NCBI GenBank assembly: GCA_002269645.1
Contig: NIVC01000730.1
Span: 124,001-188,000, forward strand
Direction: 5' to 3'
Source: Macrostomum lignano
Lineage: Eukaryota
Length of the DNA stretch: 64,000 nt
The position numbers and the translations under genes are program-made. Shown piece by piece: positions 13,006 to 26,134 of this stretch (its first letter is position 1; the number at the start of each line of letters is the position of its first letter). Under the pieces are notes generated by a model, which did no database searches, was not told the origin of the DNA, and saw only the letters and a list, made by a program, of their open reading frames with translations.

Positions 13006-13364
13006 TGTTAATTAATAAGCTTCCTGTTAGTGTTAGTTACAAATAAAATGTTGTTTCAGTGGAATTAATTTGATATTTAAATGACTGCACCTGTTGCTCT
13101 TTATAAAACGAAGACAAGATAAACATTGAATATGCATTGCTTAAGACAAAGTGCGTCATAAATATAAAAAAATATAATTTAGGTATAAATGAAATAAGTC
13201 TATTTTGTAAAAAAAACAAACCACTATGCTTTAAAAACATTAAAAGAATAATATGATGCTTTTAAGAAAAAGACAAAAAAGCAACTCACTCTGAGTTCTT
13301 GCGCTTTTTAAATTACTTTTTTCTGACAACATTTATGCAATGCCGGCACTGGGACAGACACTGG

Positions 13365-13580
13365 GAGAGACACTGGGACACATTTGGACAGACACTGGGA
13401 CAGAAACTCTTACAGACACTCTTACAGACACTGGGACAGGCACTCTTACAGACACTTTGCAGACACTAAGACAGACACTGGGACAGACACTGGGACATAC
13501 ACTTAGACAGACACTGGGACAGACACTTTACAGACACTAAGACAGACACTGGGACAGACACTAAGACAGACACTGGGATA
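13365..13580 (+). repeat. Degenerate 10-12-bp minisatellite (GACAGACACTGG/ACTAA)
   Basis: Directly visible tandem units. Confidence 0.9.
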
Positions 13581-13879
13581 GATAACAGATATGACAGAAA
13601 TAACTATATATAGCTTATTACTAAATATATATATATAGCTTATTATGAACTGTAAGTATCCACCTAAGTAGTTGTTTAGAAGACTTTTTGTTTTTCAATT
13701 CTTATGCACTTTTTTTTGGTTGAGCGAAGTGTCTATGACACAAACCCCCTCCCGGATACAGAATTACGTTATTTTTTTTCTTGTACTACGAGTGTATATT
13801 ATCGGCCTAAGGCAGAAAAATAAACACGTCCCACAACCGCAAAGGTCGCGCGCGCTCAAAGAGTGAAAGATAAGGTAAG

Positions 13880-14521
13880 ACAACAATCCAAAATCAGTGC
13901 ATGGCATGCGAAAGCAAGACATAAGCAAGTGTAATAGTAGAGTCGTCGTAGAAAGTGATAAAAAATATATGTAGTATATAGAATAATACACATACATTAG
14001 ATACTACTAATAGTAGACACGACGACTACATGTTGCACAGATGTTGATGGATGTTGATTTTGCAATGTTGATGCGTCAACCATTCTGCAACGTTGTTTTG
14101 CGAGACAAACGTTCGCTTCTAGCAACGTTTAGCACTTGTTGCGCGTCAACATTTCTACAACATTCCCGCAACAAAAATGGCACTAGGGGCTATCTCCTTA
14201 CCCCTAGTGCCATTTATGTTGCGGGAATGTTGTACAAATGTTGACGCGCAACAAGTGGTAAACGTTGCTAGAAGCGACCGTTTGTCGCGCAAAACAACGT
14301 TGCAGAATGGTTGACGCATCAACATTGCAAAATCAACATACATCAACATCTGTGCAACATGTAGTCGTCGTGTCTACTATTAGTAGTATCTAATGTATGT
14401 GTATTATTCTATATACTACATATATTTCGTATCACTTTCATTCTATAATATACGACGACTCTACTATTACACTTGCTTATGTCTTTCTTTCGCATGCCAT
14501 GCATTAATTTTGGATTGTTGT
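13880..14521. repeat. Long near-perfect inverted repeat (~310-bp arms, 11-nt loop 14190-14200) formed by two transposon ends
   Basis: 13880-14189 is the reverse complement of 14201-14521 with few substitutions and one ~12-bp indel; both arms terminate in CCCCTAGTGCCAT. Confidence 0.96.
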
Positions 14522-15135
14522 TAAGGAACTTCTACCGGTAGTAACACTGACTACATAGTAAAAAATCTGTAGCTTGCACACAGGTTCAAAAATCGAGACT
14601 CCTACATCTTGAAATAATACGAAAATACGGCCATGACTTAGCATTTGCTAAAAAGAATAAGTAAAATAGCAAAAAACGTTTCGATTTAAAGGTCTGCGAA
14701 GATTAGCTAATGAGCACCATTAATTTTTTTTGTTTTATCGTAAACACATCAGATCAGACGGTTACCATTATAGTAGGTCAAGAAAGCAATAAAAATATTT
14801 ACTACATTAGATGCGCATGATGTGTATCTTTGTGTGTGACTGCAAGCTGCAACCTGCAGTGTTTCTTTTAATGAATAAAAAAGTTAGCAGGAAAATAAGA
14901 GATTCGCAAAACTATTATTAATGGCAACTGCTATTTGCATGCTGGCAAAACAGACATGTCGTTCAGAAAAGATGCAAAGATAACTAGAGATCTGATGGCG
15001 ATGATTAAAAACAGCTATAGCCTCCAAAGAGATTCACCTAACCTAGAGCGAGTCTATACTGATCTTTGTTCTTAGAACTTAGAACAACTAGTTTTATTAA
15101 GCCACCAATCCCGTGAAGTCTGAACTCCTATTTAC

Positions 15136-18102
15136 TCAAAGTTGAGTAAGTGTACAACCGTCAACGTTGATGACTTCAAATCGTTGGCCGCCATTGTCAT
15201 TATCTTCGCTGCTGTCGTGAGCGCCCTCGTCGTCAGAACTGCTGTCGCTCTCGCCACTTGCATCGCCGTCAGTGTTCATGTCTGCGCCGTCACCTCCGCT
15301 TTGCCGAGTGCTCCTTGGGCCTGCAGCCGAGTTCCGAAGTTCTCCAGTCGGACGCTGTGCGGACTGCTGTGAGCACCTTTTTCGGCGGAACCGAGTGCCT
15401 GAGTGGCGCAGATGTTCGCCCACCGCGGATTCAATGGCCTCGCCTTTGGCGTCTTTGTGAACACTCCACACGACGTCTAAAAGTAGGTAAATACTGCCCA
15501 TTAGTTTTGCTTACCCAAAGTAGATTAGTATCTAGATATGGACGTACAGAATTGATATATATTTAACTAAGCAGCTTAAATACACATTTTATCATAGAAG
15601 AGACAAAATCCTAAGCACCATTATGTTGCTTACTTTTGATAAAAGGCAGCAGGCCAGTTGACTCAAAGCAATACTTGGAAACGCCAGAACGCTTGGCACC
15701 ACGGAGACTGAACTGATGAGCAAGCTTGTCATCCATGATGTGGTATAAGATATTAGCGACGGACTTCATTAGAGTTTTGCTGGTAAGCCGCTTGAAGAAC
15801 AGAAACTGAAATGTGTGGAATGAATTCGAATGGTAGACTAGAAATTGAATTAATAAACTACAAGACATTACACATTAATAGTCATGTCTTGTAATGTGTT
15901 ATATTCTCTCATAAAATACATGCGGCAGTTAAGCGGCATCCAGTCGCTTTTGTAAATCGTGCAATGATAAAAATCATACAAAATACTAGCACTCACTGCA
16001 TCATTTAAGCAGCCTCGATCACTTGTTAGTCGTGTGGCCCACTCAGTCAGTTTATCGACTTCGGTAAATGGCAGATCTTGAAGTATAGGCCTGTCGGTTG
16101 GCTGTTGGCCGTGCTGGGCATTGCTGGAGTTTGCACCTGTACTACGAGACGAAGAGTTCTGCAGAGCAAGAAACTGCAGGTGAAAGTCTTTCACCTCTGT
16201 AGCCAGGCCACAAATCGCACCATGCATCGCGCGCTGGGTTGCTAAAATGAAGAAAATTATCGAGAAGATGTATCAGCCAGTCAGGGATAATAGTCAGTTA
16301 GTGACTCAAATAGATTATTCTCTATACAAACCAGATGAACCTCCGAAACGTTAAGTACAAATTAAAAAGTGTAAATCGCAGCAAAACTCAGAATCATGCG
16401 GAGCTGAATGTTTAATAGTGCATTACGCCATTTTAATTTAAATCGTAACTTTACTTAATTCTGGAAATGAAGAGCTCGGATTAGAACTTCTAAATTTTCT
16501 TATATCAGCGCCTCAGTAGCGAAAGAAATTTTTTTAGCTGGCTTACTTTCAATCCGCCGCACGGCTGTCACTAGAAAGTCCAATATGTCTGCACGGCTCG
16601 CGTCGTAAACGCCAATCGCAGAGGCCGCGGCAGCTGCAGCAGAAGCAGGATGGTGCTGGATTCCATGCCCCATCGGAGAGGCCGCGGCAGATGCAGCAGA
16701 AGCAGGATGGTGCTGGATTCCATGCCCCATCGGAGAGGCCGCGGCAGATGCAGCAGAAGCAGGATGGTGCTGGATTCCATGCCCCATCGGAGAGGCCGCG
16801 GCAGATGCAGCAGAAGCAGGATGGTGCTGGATTCCATGCCCCATCGGAGAGGCCGCGGCAGATGCAGCAGAAGCAGGATGGTGCTGGATTCCATGCCCCA
16901 TCGGAGAGGCCGCGGCAGATGCAGCAGAAGCAGGATGGTGCTGGATTCCATGCCCCATCGGAGAGGCCGCGGCAGATGCAGCAGAAGCAGGATGGTGCTG
17001 GATTCCATGCCCCATCGGAGAGGCCGCGGCAGCTGCAGCAGAAGCAGGATGGTGCTGGATTCCATGCCCCATCGGAGAGGCCGCGGCAGATGCAGCAGAA
17101 GCAGGATGGTGCTGGATTCCATGCCCCATCGGAGAGGCCGCGGCAGCTGCAGCAGAAGCAGGATGGTGCTGGATTCCATGCCCCATCGGAGAGGCCGCGG
17201 CAGCTGCAGCTAAATTGGTGCTGGTGCTGAAGCTGCCACAAGAAGACTGTGAAAACGGGCTCAGACTCGATGTAGTAGCATGAACTGCGCTTGCCAAGAT
17301 GGCTTCATGTTGGATGGAAGCCAAATTCGAACTGCTGCTTATTGTCAAAGGTGGCCTCGTGCCATCAGGTTGAAACTTTGGTGGCGCTGACGACTGTCCA
17401 GCACTCCGGCTGTTACCCAGTGTAGAGGATTTGCTCTTTGTCGTTCTCTTTCGGCCGGTTTTTCGAGTCTCAATGTCGAAATTCTCATTGTAATAGTGGT
17501 CGACAACTTGAATTCTTCGTGGAGCATCTATATCAGTAGAATCAACTTCTCCCCGACTCTCGTACCGCTTCCGCAGGTTGACAGCAGCGGGAAATTGATC
17601 TGCATGAAGGGGAATAGACACATGTACATGTACACTATATAAAATTACATCCTTTATTATTAGCTATGAAAATTCGCTTTCACGTGGGACTTAGTCATCC
17701 CACATCTAATTAAACAAGAAAAAATATCAACCCCCCGATGTAGATAATAGGAGCCACATTGAAGTACTTTTTTCTAATGTATACAAGAAAATAGTACAAT
17801 AATTGCACTTAAGACTGGCTTCATATGTAATCATAGGCATATCATATATAATCTACCTATTTGAAAATAATTCTGCATTAGCACATAAACTCACCTCTCG
17901 ATCCAATGATGTCGACTTTGTAAGGCAACCAACTATCGTCTGGGACTGACTTCGACTGGTTTGTCAAGCAAGCCTTGAACTTTTTCAGGGGAGGGCACAA
18001 GACGCTGTCGCTGCCCTGAAGCCAGGAACGACGAACGATTTCAATTTCTTCAGTTTCATTGAAGCGAACAACAACAAATGCATTCAGGTCGTTTAGACTC
18101 AT
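15136..18102 (-). CDS. CMC accessory protein, DUF4806-like, about five exons
   Basis: N-terminal exon FVVVRF..TEEIEIVRRSWL...CPP...W.PY.V; C-terminal IMDDKLAHQFSLRGAK...KYCF and AVGEHLRHSGTR; GTGAG/GTAAG donors and TTAG/TCAG/GCAG acceptors at exon edges. Confidence 0.75.
16623..17211 (-). repeat. 57-bp coding minisatellite, ~10 copies (PASAASAAASPMGHGIQHH)
   Basis: Near-identical 57-bp units inside exon 2 of the DUF4806-like gene. Confidence 0.97.
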
Positions 18103-18601
18103 TCATAGACTTGGCCCGAATATGCTGAAATAAAAGTTGGAGGGAAACAAAGCAAAGTTAGAAAAGCTATCGGATCGGAACACATTTTCCTTTATTATTT
18201 TATAGTACTATGGGTGAAAACGCAACGCATATATTTCAGAAGCCTACCTTCACTAAAAATCTGTTAACAAACAGCAAAACCATTTTGCGAAGCAAAGAAA
18301 ACCATCTAAAAAGGGACTGTCATATATTTCGCATGTCTATGCCTAATCATGTCTAGGTCTATATGCGATTGTTGGAAAGAATTTAATATGAAAGCATGAA
18401 ATTAGTGACAGCGTGAAATGATAGTATGTTCTTCCCACAAACATTTATATTTTCTAATATTACCTGCTTACTCAGTGGGAGTGGCTAAAAATGAAACCAA
18501 CATTTGCTGAATGAGAAAGCAGCTAGCTAGAAGAAGTCAGACAGAGAGTTCATTCAGTTGCTTCCAAACATTTGCAGAGAAATGCTTGATGTGCGTAGAA
18601 G

Positions 18602-20938
18602 CTACGCACAGTCGACCAATGTATGTAAAATAGGGAGAATGCAGGAACGATTTTTGAGACTTACAAGCATCGCTTTACCATAGAAATCAGTCCATCGTAC
18701 AGTTACGAGTGAGTTGCTTAAAGTATTGACAACGGAAATGTGCAGAGACATTGAGTCGAAAGTTTCGTCGTAGAGGGCGGTTTGCTGAATAAATTTCTTG
18801 CCAACGAAAATACAACCGACATCAGTAGAAATTATATGAGTGACTACAACTGCAAATCCATCTCGAGTTAAAATATAGCAGTCTGGATTAGCAACAGATA
18901 TATACGTTCCACGCAATACAAGACTAACTTTACGGTAAATACCAAATGTCTGAACTCCTTGCAATGAGAAGTCTACATTCGAAGATGCAATTGGACCGGA
19001 ATATTCAAAAGGCGACTGAATAGAACACATGTGCTTAGGAAAAAAACCGAGAGTCACATCTCTCTCCAGAATTCGCTTCACAGTCTGCTCGAGAGCAAAA
19101 CGTGGACTGCGAACAAACTGGGTAATAAAGCGGATAAAATTTTCGCCCCAAAAGCAACTAAAACTATCCAACGGACCACGTCGACGAACTTCTGAAGGAA
19201 TATGAATTATTGAATGCACAGTGTACACGATAAACTCGTCACCCCAAATAATTGCACATTCATTAACAATGTGCTTTGCCAAATCTTCGGCATAAGAGCA
19301 GTACGTTTGACAAACCAAAGGATGCGACAATAGGAAAACAAACGAATGCAGAGAAAGAAATAATTGATACACAGATTCAGGGACGTTTCCAGCTAAAACA
19401 ATTGGCGCCAAGTACAAAATAAACAATCTAAACTCAGTTGCCTTCCAAAGACCCACGCACTCAATCGACCGTGGCTTTCGTGCAAAATCATGCGGAATGC
19501 AAGACGAAATAGAACACAGATCAGCACTTATCTGACGAATATTAGGTCCAGATGCTCGATGGGGCAAGCGTCCCTTACCGAGGAATTTTAAACATTTAGG
19601 AACAATACCCTCGTATATTAAGTGCATTGGATCCAGAGGAAAATCATGAACCATGTCGATGGGCAAACTTAAAAAAGGGCTTGGTAGAAGAACATGATTT
19701 GGGTATACATCACCTCTGAAGCCAAAGTCAGTTCGTAGTGCAGCACTTAGGTCAGAAAATGTCACTCTTCCATTACAAAAGTCCCCTTCAACAGTGCACT
19801 TGTCGCAACCAAAGTATCCCCAACATGCTTTTGTTCCTTTTACAAAGCTGCGTGCTGGTGAATCGCAGGTAATCATTGAAAGTTTAAAAGGTAATATGAG
19901 ATCTGACTCTGAAGTGACAGTAGAGACAAATCCATCAGCCATCAAATCACGCAATTCAGTAATACAGTCGGCAAGAAAGTCCGAAGCAGAGAGGGGTTTG
20001 CCAGTTCCATAGTAAAGCCCGATTATAAAAACAGAATGAGACAAATTCGAAACTCTACCCAACACAGGCCACAATGTATAGGTAGTGCTATTGTGCACTT
20101 TTGCACCATCAACAAAAAGGTGGAGGTTCAAGGAATCCAGACGAGAGCGTGATCCAATATTGCTCAGGAGAAAGTCAAGACCAGCTTTAACGCCAAAATG
20201 ATAATATCGCCCTGGGTTGACATAGCGAAAAGTAAGCTCCCTTGGTGTAGTCATTAGTCCACGATAGTCAGCAGCTAGACCAGGAAACTCGTCTTGTAGA
20301 TTCTGAAGCAAGTAGTTCACGCACGGCACTTCTGGGCCTGTTGCTTTAACCCAGTCTCGAAGCATGGCCTCGAGTCTCGCACATTGGTTGTCATCAGAAT
20401 GAAGGGCTGATTCAATCGTTGAAGAAGTCAGGTTTCCTAAATGTAAGAAATAAATAGCTAGAGTATTATCAAAAACTATTAAAAAGATTATGCACATACT
20501 TGTTGATAAAATCACATTTTTACTCTAAATTTTTGTTTAACTTTCAAAGTTACAGAAAAAATTTAAGTTAATTTATTTGTAAAGCAGAAATGAATAATGG
20601 ATGGTGTAAGGTTCATATTCAGTTTAGAGGATCAAGCACACTAAGATGTCAATAAAAAGTGTTGAAAGCAATTAGGGGTTATTATAAAAAATAGATACAT
20701 TCAATCTTACCAACATCATCACTAGTCATCTCCTGGTATTCAAGTTCCATTTGAGACTCTTCTGTGGGCTCAGGAGCAGCATGAATTCCAAGCTCTGCCA
20801 TAGGCTCAGTTGGCTGTTGACTTGGATCTTCAGTGTGACATGGGCAATGCAGCATAACTGCAGCTTCCTCGTAGCTTCTCTTAATATGTCGTTGGACTGT
20901 TCGCTTACTGGCTCCATGAACAGATGTTGAGGAAAAAC
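18602..20938 (-). CDS. CMC/EnSpm-type DDE transposase (intron 20437-20710)
   Basis: LFVDG, ITCDSPAR, GYFGCDKC, DPMHLIYEGI, WKATEFRLF.LY and FWGEN motifs; the upstream exon (SKRTVQRHIKR) joins via a GTAAG...TTAG intron in phase 1. Confidence 0.9.
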
Positions 20939-22464
20939 CTAGACAAATTATAGAGAAATGGATGAAATGAAAGCCTCATAATTACGCCAGCATAATGAAG
21001 CCTTCTATGCCTTCAATACCTTGAGCAAGACCTAGCAAGAAACTGTCAGAGTATCAAGATCATACCCTTGATAATGAGTACTCAACATAAGTATATGCTT
21101 ATTGCAACATATATATAATATAAATTATAGCAAAAAATATGTTTATATTACAAATCTAATATACAATCCACAAATTTCCTAAAACTTGCATCTTGTGCTT
21201 TAAAGAAAATAATAATTGTTTAACAACATTGCAAGCTTTATTTTCTCCAAACAGAAGCATTATAGATAAAAAAATTTACTCAAAGTTTTGCCAAAAGCAA
21301 AAATAAATCAAGTTGACAATTATCATTATGAACAAATCCCAAATACACCAAATTCATCATTTAGCATAGCAAACATTTTTATAGGCAAGGTTTGATTTAG
21401 GGTCTAATATAGTAGAACTAAAACTAATAAATATAATAAATAATAAAACTAATATAGGGTCTTTAGGAGCATATATAAAAATTAACAAATTAGGTTGAAT
21501 ACAAATAGCCAGCATTATATACTTTTAAGCTTGATACTCAAGTCTCTTGAATTTTGACTAGCACTTCATATCCAACAAATAACTTTTCAATAAATTTTGT
21601 TTTATTTAAATTAATTTAGCTATCATTAGCTAGTTATTAAATATAACATTTCTTATGAAACAATCTTATACCATAGTCCAGAAGAAGGCATCTTGTACCC
21701 CAGAAATTTCTAGGGTACACTCAAGAAATTTAGCATACATTGGCATACACAAAAAGTGATTTTCTAAGGCTTTTGGCATATATGTTTAATATTTTTGTGA
21801 CACACAAAGAATGAAAAGTTATGTTATTAATAATTGTTACAATAGTTGTCCATGCATACATTACTATAAAATTTGATATAAAATTAATGCAAAACTGAAT
21901 TCTGTTTTTTATAAGTTAAAAGTCATGATTTTTAACAAAAATGCACAAAGTTTACTTTTGTTTTTTTAATATATATAACATTATATAAATATAACTATAA
22001 CTGTTATTTTTAGTTTTTAGCTCATCTCATTTAAATTAAATATCTAAATCACCCATCATGTTCCATCACTTATTCCTAGCAATTTAGATGTTTTGTGTAA
22101 AGTATTATAAATGGTATATATTGGCATTAAAAGAATGTTGACAGTTTTTTTGTGGGGCACATATAGTGTTCTGAACTATAGATCTTATACAAAAAATCTA
22201 TGATTTGCAACACTTTTTATTTATAGTTGAAATTTGCTCTTTAATCATTTCTAAGTCTATTTTACATCCAAAATGCAAAAAAACTTATTGATATTTGCAA
22301 TCTACACTTTAATCTTTATTTTGGCAGTCTTAGTCTTACTTCTTATAATAAAGGAATGTTTAGACAAACATTTTATGATATAGAGCAATAGGCCTAATAT
22401 AGATATATAAATAGACTATACCAAATGGTATATAATTGAGGCAAACTTGAACTAAAAATAGTTA

Positions 22465-22465
<1 letters not shown>

Positions 22466-22498
<33 letters not shown>
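22466..22498. repeat. (TA)n microsatellite
   Basis: Directly visible. Confidence 0.95.
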
Positions 22499-22500
<2 letters not shown>

Positions 22501-22698
22501 TATTTATACCAACAACATGAGTTTGTATTATATTTATATTATAGGGCCTAGCAACATATTATACTAACTAACCTTAAGTATTAGGCCTATACTAACAAAT
22601 GTTTGGCCTAAATAAGGCTAAGCATAACATAATCAAAATACTTTATATATTAGATAAGCATAAAAAATATATATTAGAAACAGAGTTTCATTGCATTA

Positions 22699-22932
22699 TT
22701 ATTTACCTACAACAACTGTGTCTTCACTTAGAGTAGGTGCAGAAGCAGATGGCCCAGACAAAAATACAATATTAGATGCTAGACCACTAAGGGCCTGGTC
22801 CTGATTATTTGCAACTTCAGGTTCAACTTGATCTTTGTCTATCTCTTGGGTAGTTTTGCAAGTTACAATCAAGTAAACAAAAAAAGCTATGGTTGTAATC
22901 CCAGGAGCAAACAAAAAAACTGGCATTCCCAA
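22699..22932 (-). CDS. Small putative single-pass membrane protein inside the CMC element (paralog of 12715-13005)
   Basis: Hydrophobic stretch followed by KTTQEID. Confidence 0.45.
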   Translation of the reverse strand: MGMPVFLFAPGITTIAFFVYLIVTCKTTQEIDKDQVEPEVANNQDQALSGLASNIVFLSGPSASAPTLSEDTVVVGK

Positions 22933-23579
22933 CTTAATATAGTAGCCAGGCTAAGGCCTAGGCAATAATATTTTTATGTTCTTTAAGTTTAAATTCAAGG
23001 GCTAGTGTAGTAGGAAGAGCTTTGCAACAACAGATTTTTATCTAATTAATTTTAGTTACGTTTTTGTATTCTAGGCCTTCGACTTATGCCAACTTTAAAG
23101 CTAAGCAAACATGCAATAAACCAAATAAAAAGCTAAACAAAAAGTCAAATAGAAAGTTAGGTAAACAGTAGGCCTAAATAGCAACGATTTTTTGTGCAGC
23201 TAGAAATCCGTGTCGATGTGCCTGACGGTAGAAATTAAATCAAGTTGGTTAGTAAAAACTGTAGCAGCTACATTTAACAAATCTTTACGTATACATTAAA
23301 GAAACAGATTCTTCTGAATTAGAATTACATAAATGAATAACTCCGTACAATTTTAATTTAAGGAGCTCCCGAATCTAAACGAGTTGCAATAATTCAATTG
23401 CCAGAAATTCACACATTTGAAATCTTTTTCTATATCAATGTTCCTGCAACAATTCAGCAACATTTTTATGTCAACGTTGATGCCAAGCGCGCGCTGTCAA
23501 CAACGTCAATGTTGCAGCAACTAAAGATGGCACTAGGGGTTAGTGTATTATTATGCAACTCAGCAGAACGTCTTAAAAT

Positions 23580-24060
23580 ACATTCAGAGCTATGAAACTT
23601 TATTTATCTTGACGCACGCGAGATGCGTGAGCAAGTCAAAAATCAGCACCCTACCTTAAAGCCTGTACGAGTTATTCACCTGAAAACTGTGTTCCTATCT
23701 CCGTAGTGTATTTTGGGGGTCCAGCTTGACATTCGCTGACAGCTACTTCTACTTAACGCTGAACTATGAAAGTTTTTGTTCTCTTGACGCACGCGAGATG
23801 CGTTGGAAATAAAAAAATCAGCACCCTACCTTAAAGCCTGTACGAGTTATTCACCTGAAAACTGTGTTCCTATCTCCGTAGTGTATTTTGGGGGTCCAGC
23901 TTGACATTCGCTGACAGACACTTCTACTCAACGCAGAGCTATGAAACTTTATTTTTCTCTTGACGCACGCGAGATGCGTTGGCAAGTCAAAAATCAGCAC
24001 CCTACCTTACAGCCTATAGGAGATATTCACCTGCAAAATGTGTTCATATCTCCGTAGTAC
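23580..24060 (+). repeat. Three ~175-bp tandem repeats (probably subterminal repeats of a DNA transposon)
   Basis: Units each contain GAAAACTGTGTTCCTATCTCCGTAGTG; distantly similar to the ~165-bp repeats in the MITE at 39699. Confidence 0.9.
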
Positions 24061-24899
24061 GAAAATTCTACTATTGAAATGGTAAGGTAACTAATTTAAG
24101 CCCTCGAAACTTTTAGATCCTGCAGTTAGTTCATTCCTGCTCACTCGCATAAAATGAATTTGTTACAGGAGCTAGTCACGTTGACTCGGTATAAAATCCG
24201 CGTGAAAGTATATAAATAGATTATAGTATTTACGCTTTCCGCCATGTAGCCTGGACAGTAGCTAAGATTCAGGAAATTCATCTAATGGGAAACAGATTGC
24301 GGGATAGAAGTTCGCAAAGCTGGCTCTGGTCATAGGTCACCCGCCCAAGCCTTAGAAATATTTAGGTAGCGTTCGATCCTGAGGAAAATGTTCTGTACGG
24401 ACCCCTGCCACACATCCCTTACTGAGCAGGCACACCGCATCATTTCCCACGCTGCATTAGCGGGTCCTGATGATCGGGAGTTGTTTGAGCTATCTGGTGT
24501 AGCCGGGAATAAGAAAATGGGACTCATTGGGAGTCTGCTACACCATGCAGCCATGCAGAGGACTTTTCAAGCAATGGATCCTCTGGCCGTGAAGGAAGAA
24601 GATACGCCCGTACTAGCGCATTCGACTACAAAGATTGAGGGAACGTGAGCTCTATTGTTTGTGACGCTCGATCGTACTTCTGGTTGATTATCAACTTAAG
24701 TTGAAAAGCAACCTGCAACAGTGGCAAAAACTGGATGAGCCACATATGATGTTGGATGTACCTTATTCATGACTTTCAAGGCGCGAGGAACACTGAAATG
24801 CATATTTAATTTGTTTTATAAGAAAGTTTCTGGTAAGCGAAACAGTTGAAAGGAATGCAAGATTTCGATTATTTAAACCGTGGTCTTAGTCTTCAAATT

Positions 24900-25225
24900 T
24901 GAGTTCTCGTCAGCCTCGTTCGATCGGCAGCGTTAACACACCACCTTTTGTGGTGTCGCAGCATAATTCTGTATTGTAGTCCAAGCGTCTATTTTCGTGA
25001 ATTTCACAGAAACGCTGCAGTGGCGGAAAATAGCAAGCTCGAACTCGTCACGATGCTCCGTCCATAAAGGCAGATAAAAACTCCACAGCTCATCGAGTCT
25101 CCTTGCTGAGTACACTGCACTACTCCTTCGTGAAACAAATCGTCTATACGTCTTTCCTCAAGTCCCATTTTAGCTAGAGTAACCCTACTCTCCTCGCATG
25201 GATAAATCATGGATGAAGCATCCAT
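24900..25225 (-). pseudogene. Ulp1/C48 protease C-terminal fragment (paralog of 51883-52284)
   Basis: CTQQGDSMSCGVFICLYGRS carries the catalytic Gln and Cys; very similar to CTQQKDAYSCGVFTCLFGRS at ~52.1 kb. Confidence 0.75.
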
Positions 25226-25582
25226 GATGCCATGTATGGATCATACCTGAACATGTATGGAGCCATACCTGATGATACATGGTTCCACGTGAACTTCATC
25301 CATGGTTACTTTCCATCCATGTACATTGATGTATGATTTTAAATTTAGTTTTTCTTATTACACTACTATTTTTTAACCTGAAATTTTCTAAACAAATTCG
25401 GCAGCATCTTTAGTGCTTCTGTGAAATGTTCCCATTTTCTTATAAATAACTTTCAAAACTAAAAAAGTACTAGAACAAATACTTATGCAAATAAATATAG
25501 AAGTAATTGAAAACTCGTATGATGACCCCATTTTAAGACTTTTATATTATTAATGATAATATTAAATAATTAGGCATAATTC

Positions 25583-25773
25583 GACGCATTTCAAGGTACT
25601 GTAAGAAAAAATAAGACAGAGCTCAGAGAGCTGTATAATACAGAATAAACAAAAATTGATGCATTTCAAGGTACCGGTACTGTAAGAAAAAATAAGACAG
25701 CTCAGAGAGCTGTAAAATACAGAATAAACAGAAATTGATGCATTTCAAGGTACTTTAAGAAAAAATAGGACAG
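25583..25773 (+). repeat. ~76-bp tandem repeat, ~2.5 copies
   Basis: GCATTTCAAGGTACTGTAAGAAAAAATAAGACAG... repeated. Confidence 0.9.
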
Positions 25774-26134
25774 TACCTAAAACAGTACATTTTACTAAAC
25801 AGTCAATAAATAGAATTAGCCGAATTCGATACGCATTAAGGGCAAGGGCCGGCAAATCCTTTACAAAACGAAGTTAATGCTGCATAAGTCAATTATTTGC
25901 GCACAGAAATAATTTTAAGTTTCTTTATTCTATTGAGATTTTGAATATGGAGAGATCGGGACAAGGAGAGGTAACGGAGTGAGTCTGAGAGGGAGGAAGT
26001 TGGGCATCTGGAAAGTTATGCTGATTCTCTAATGGTTTTATCTTGATCATGGAGCATAATTTTATTTGCTGCCAGACTGCAGCATTAACAATAAAATAAT
26101 CGGATCTAAGGTACGGACACATACTCGCACCTTT

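Larger units (their letters stand above)
14201..23539 (-). mobile_element. CMC (EnSpm/CACTA-like) DNA transposon, full length (~9.3 kb)
   Basis: TIR CCCCTAGTGCCAT at 14201 and ATGGCACTAGGGG ending 23539; 3-bp TSD TTA on both sides; TGTTG/CAACA subterminal repeats; contains a CMC transposase and a DUF4806-like gene. Confidence 0.9.

Noticed and set aside
16549-17241. Long Cys-rich and other alternative-frame ORFs over the 57-bp repeat
   Set aside because: They arise because a stop-free unit that is a multiple of 3 stays open in several frames; only the frame continuous with the flanking exon is supported.
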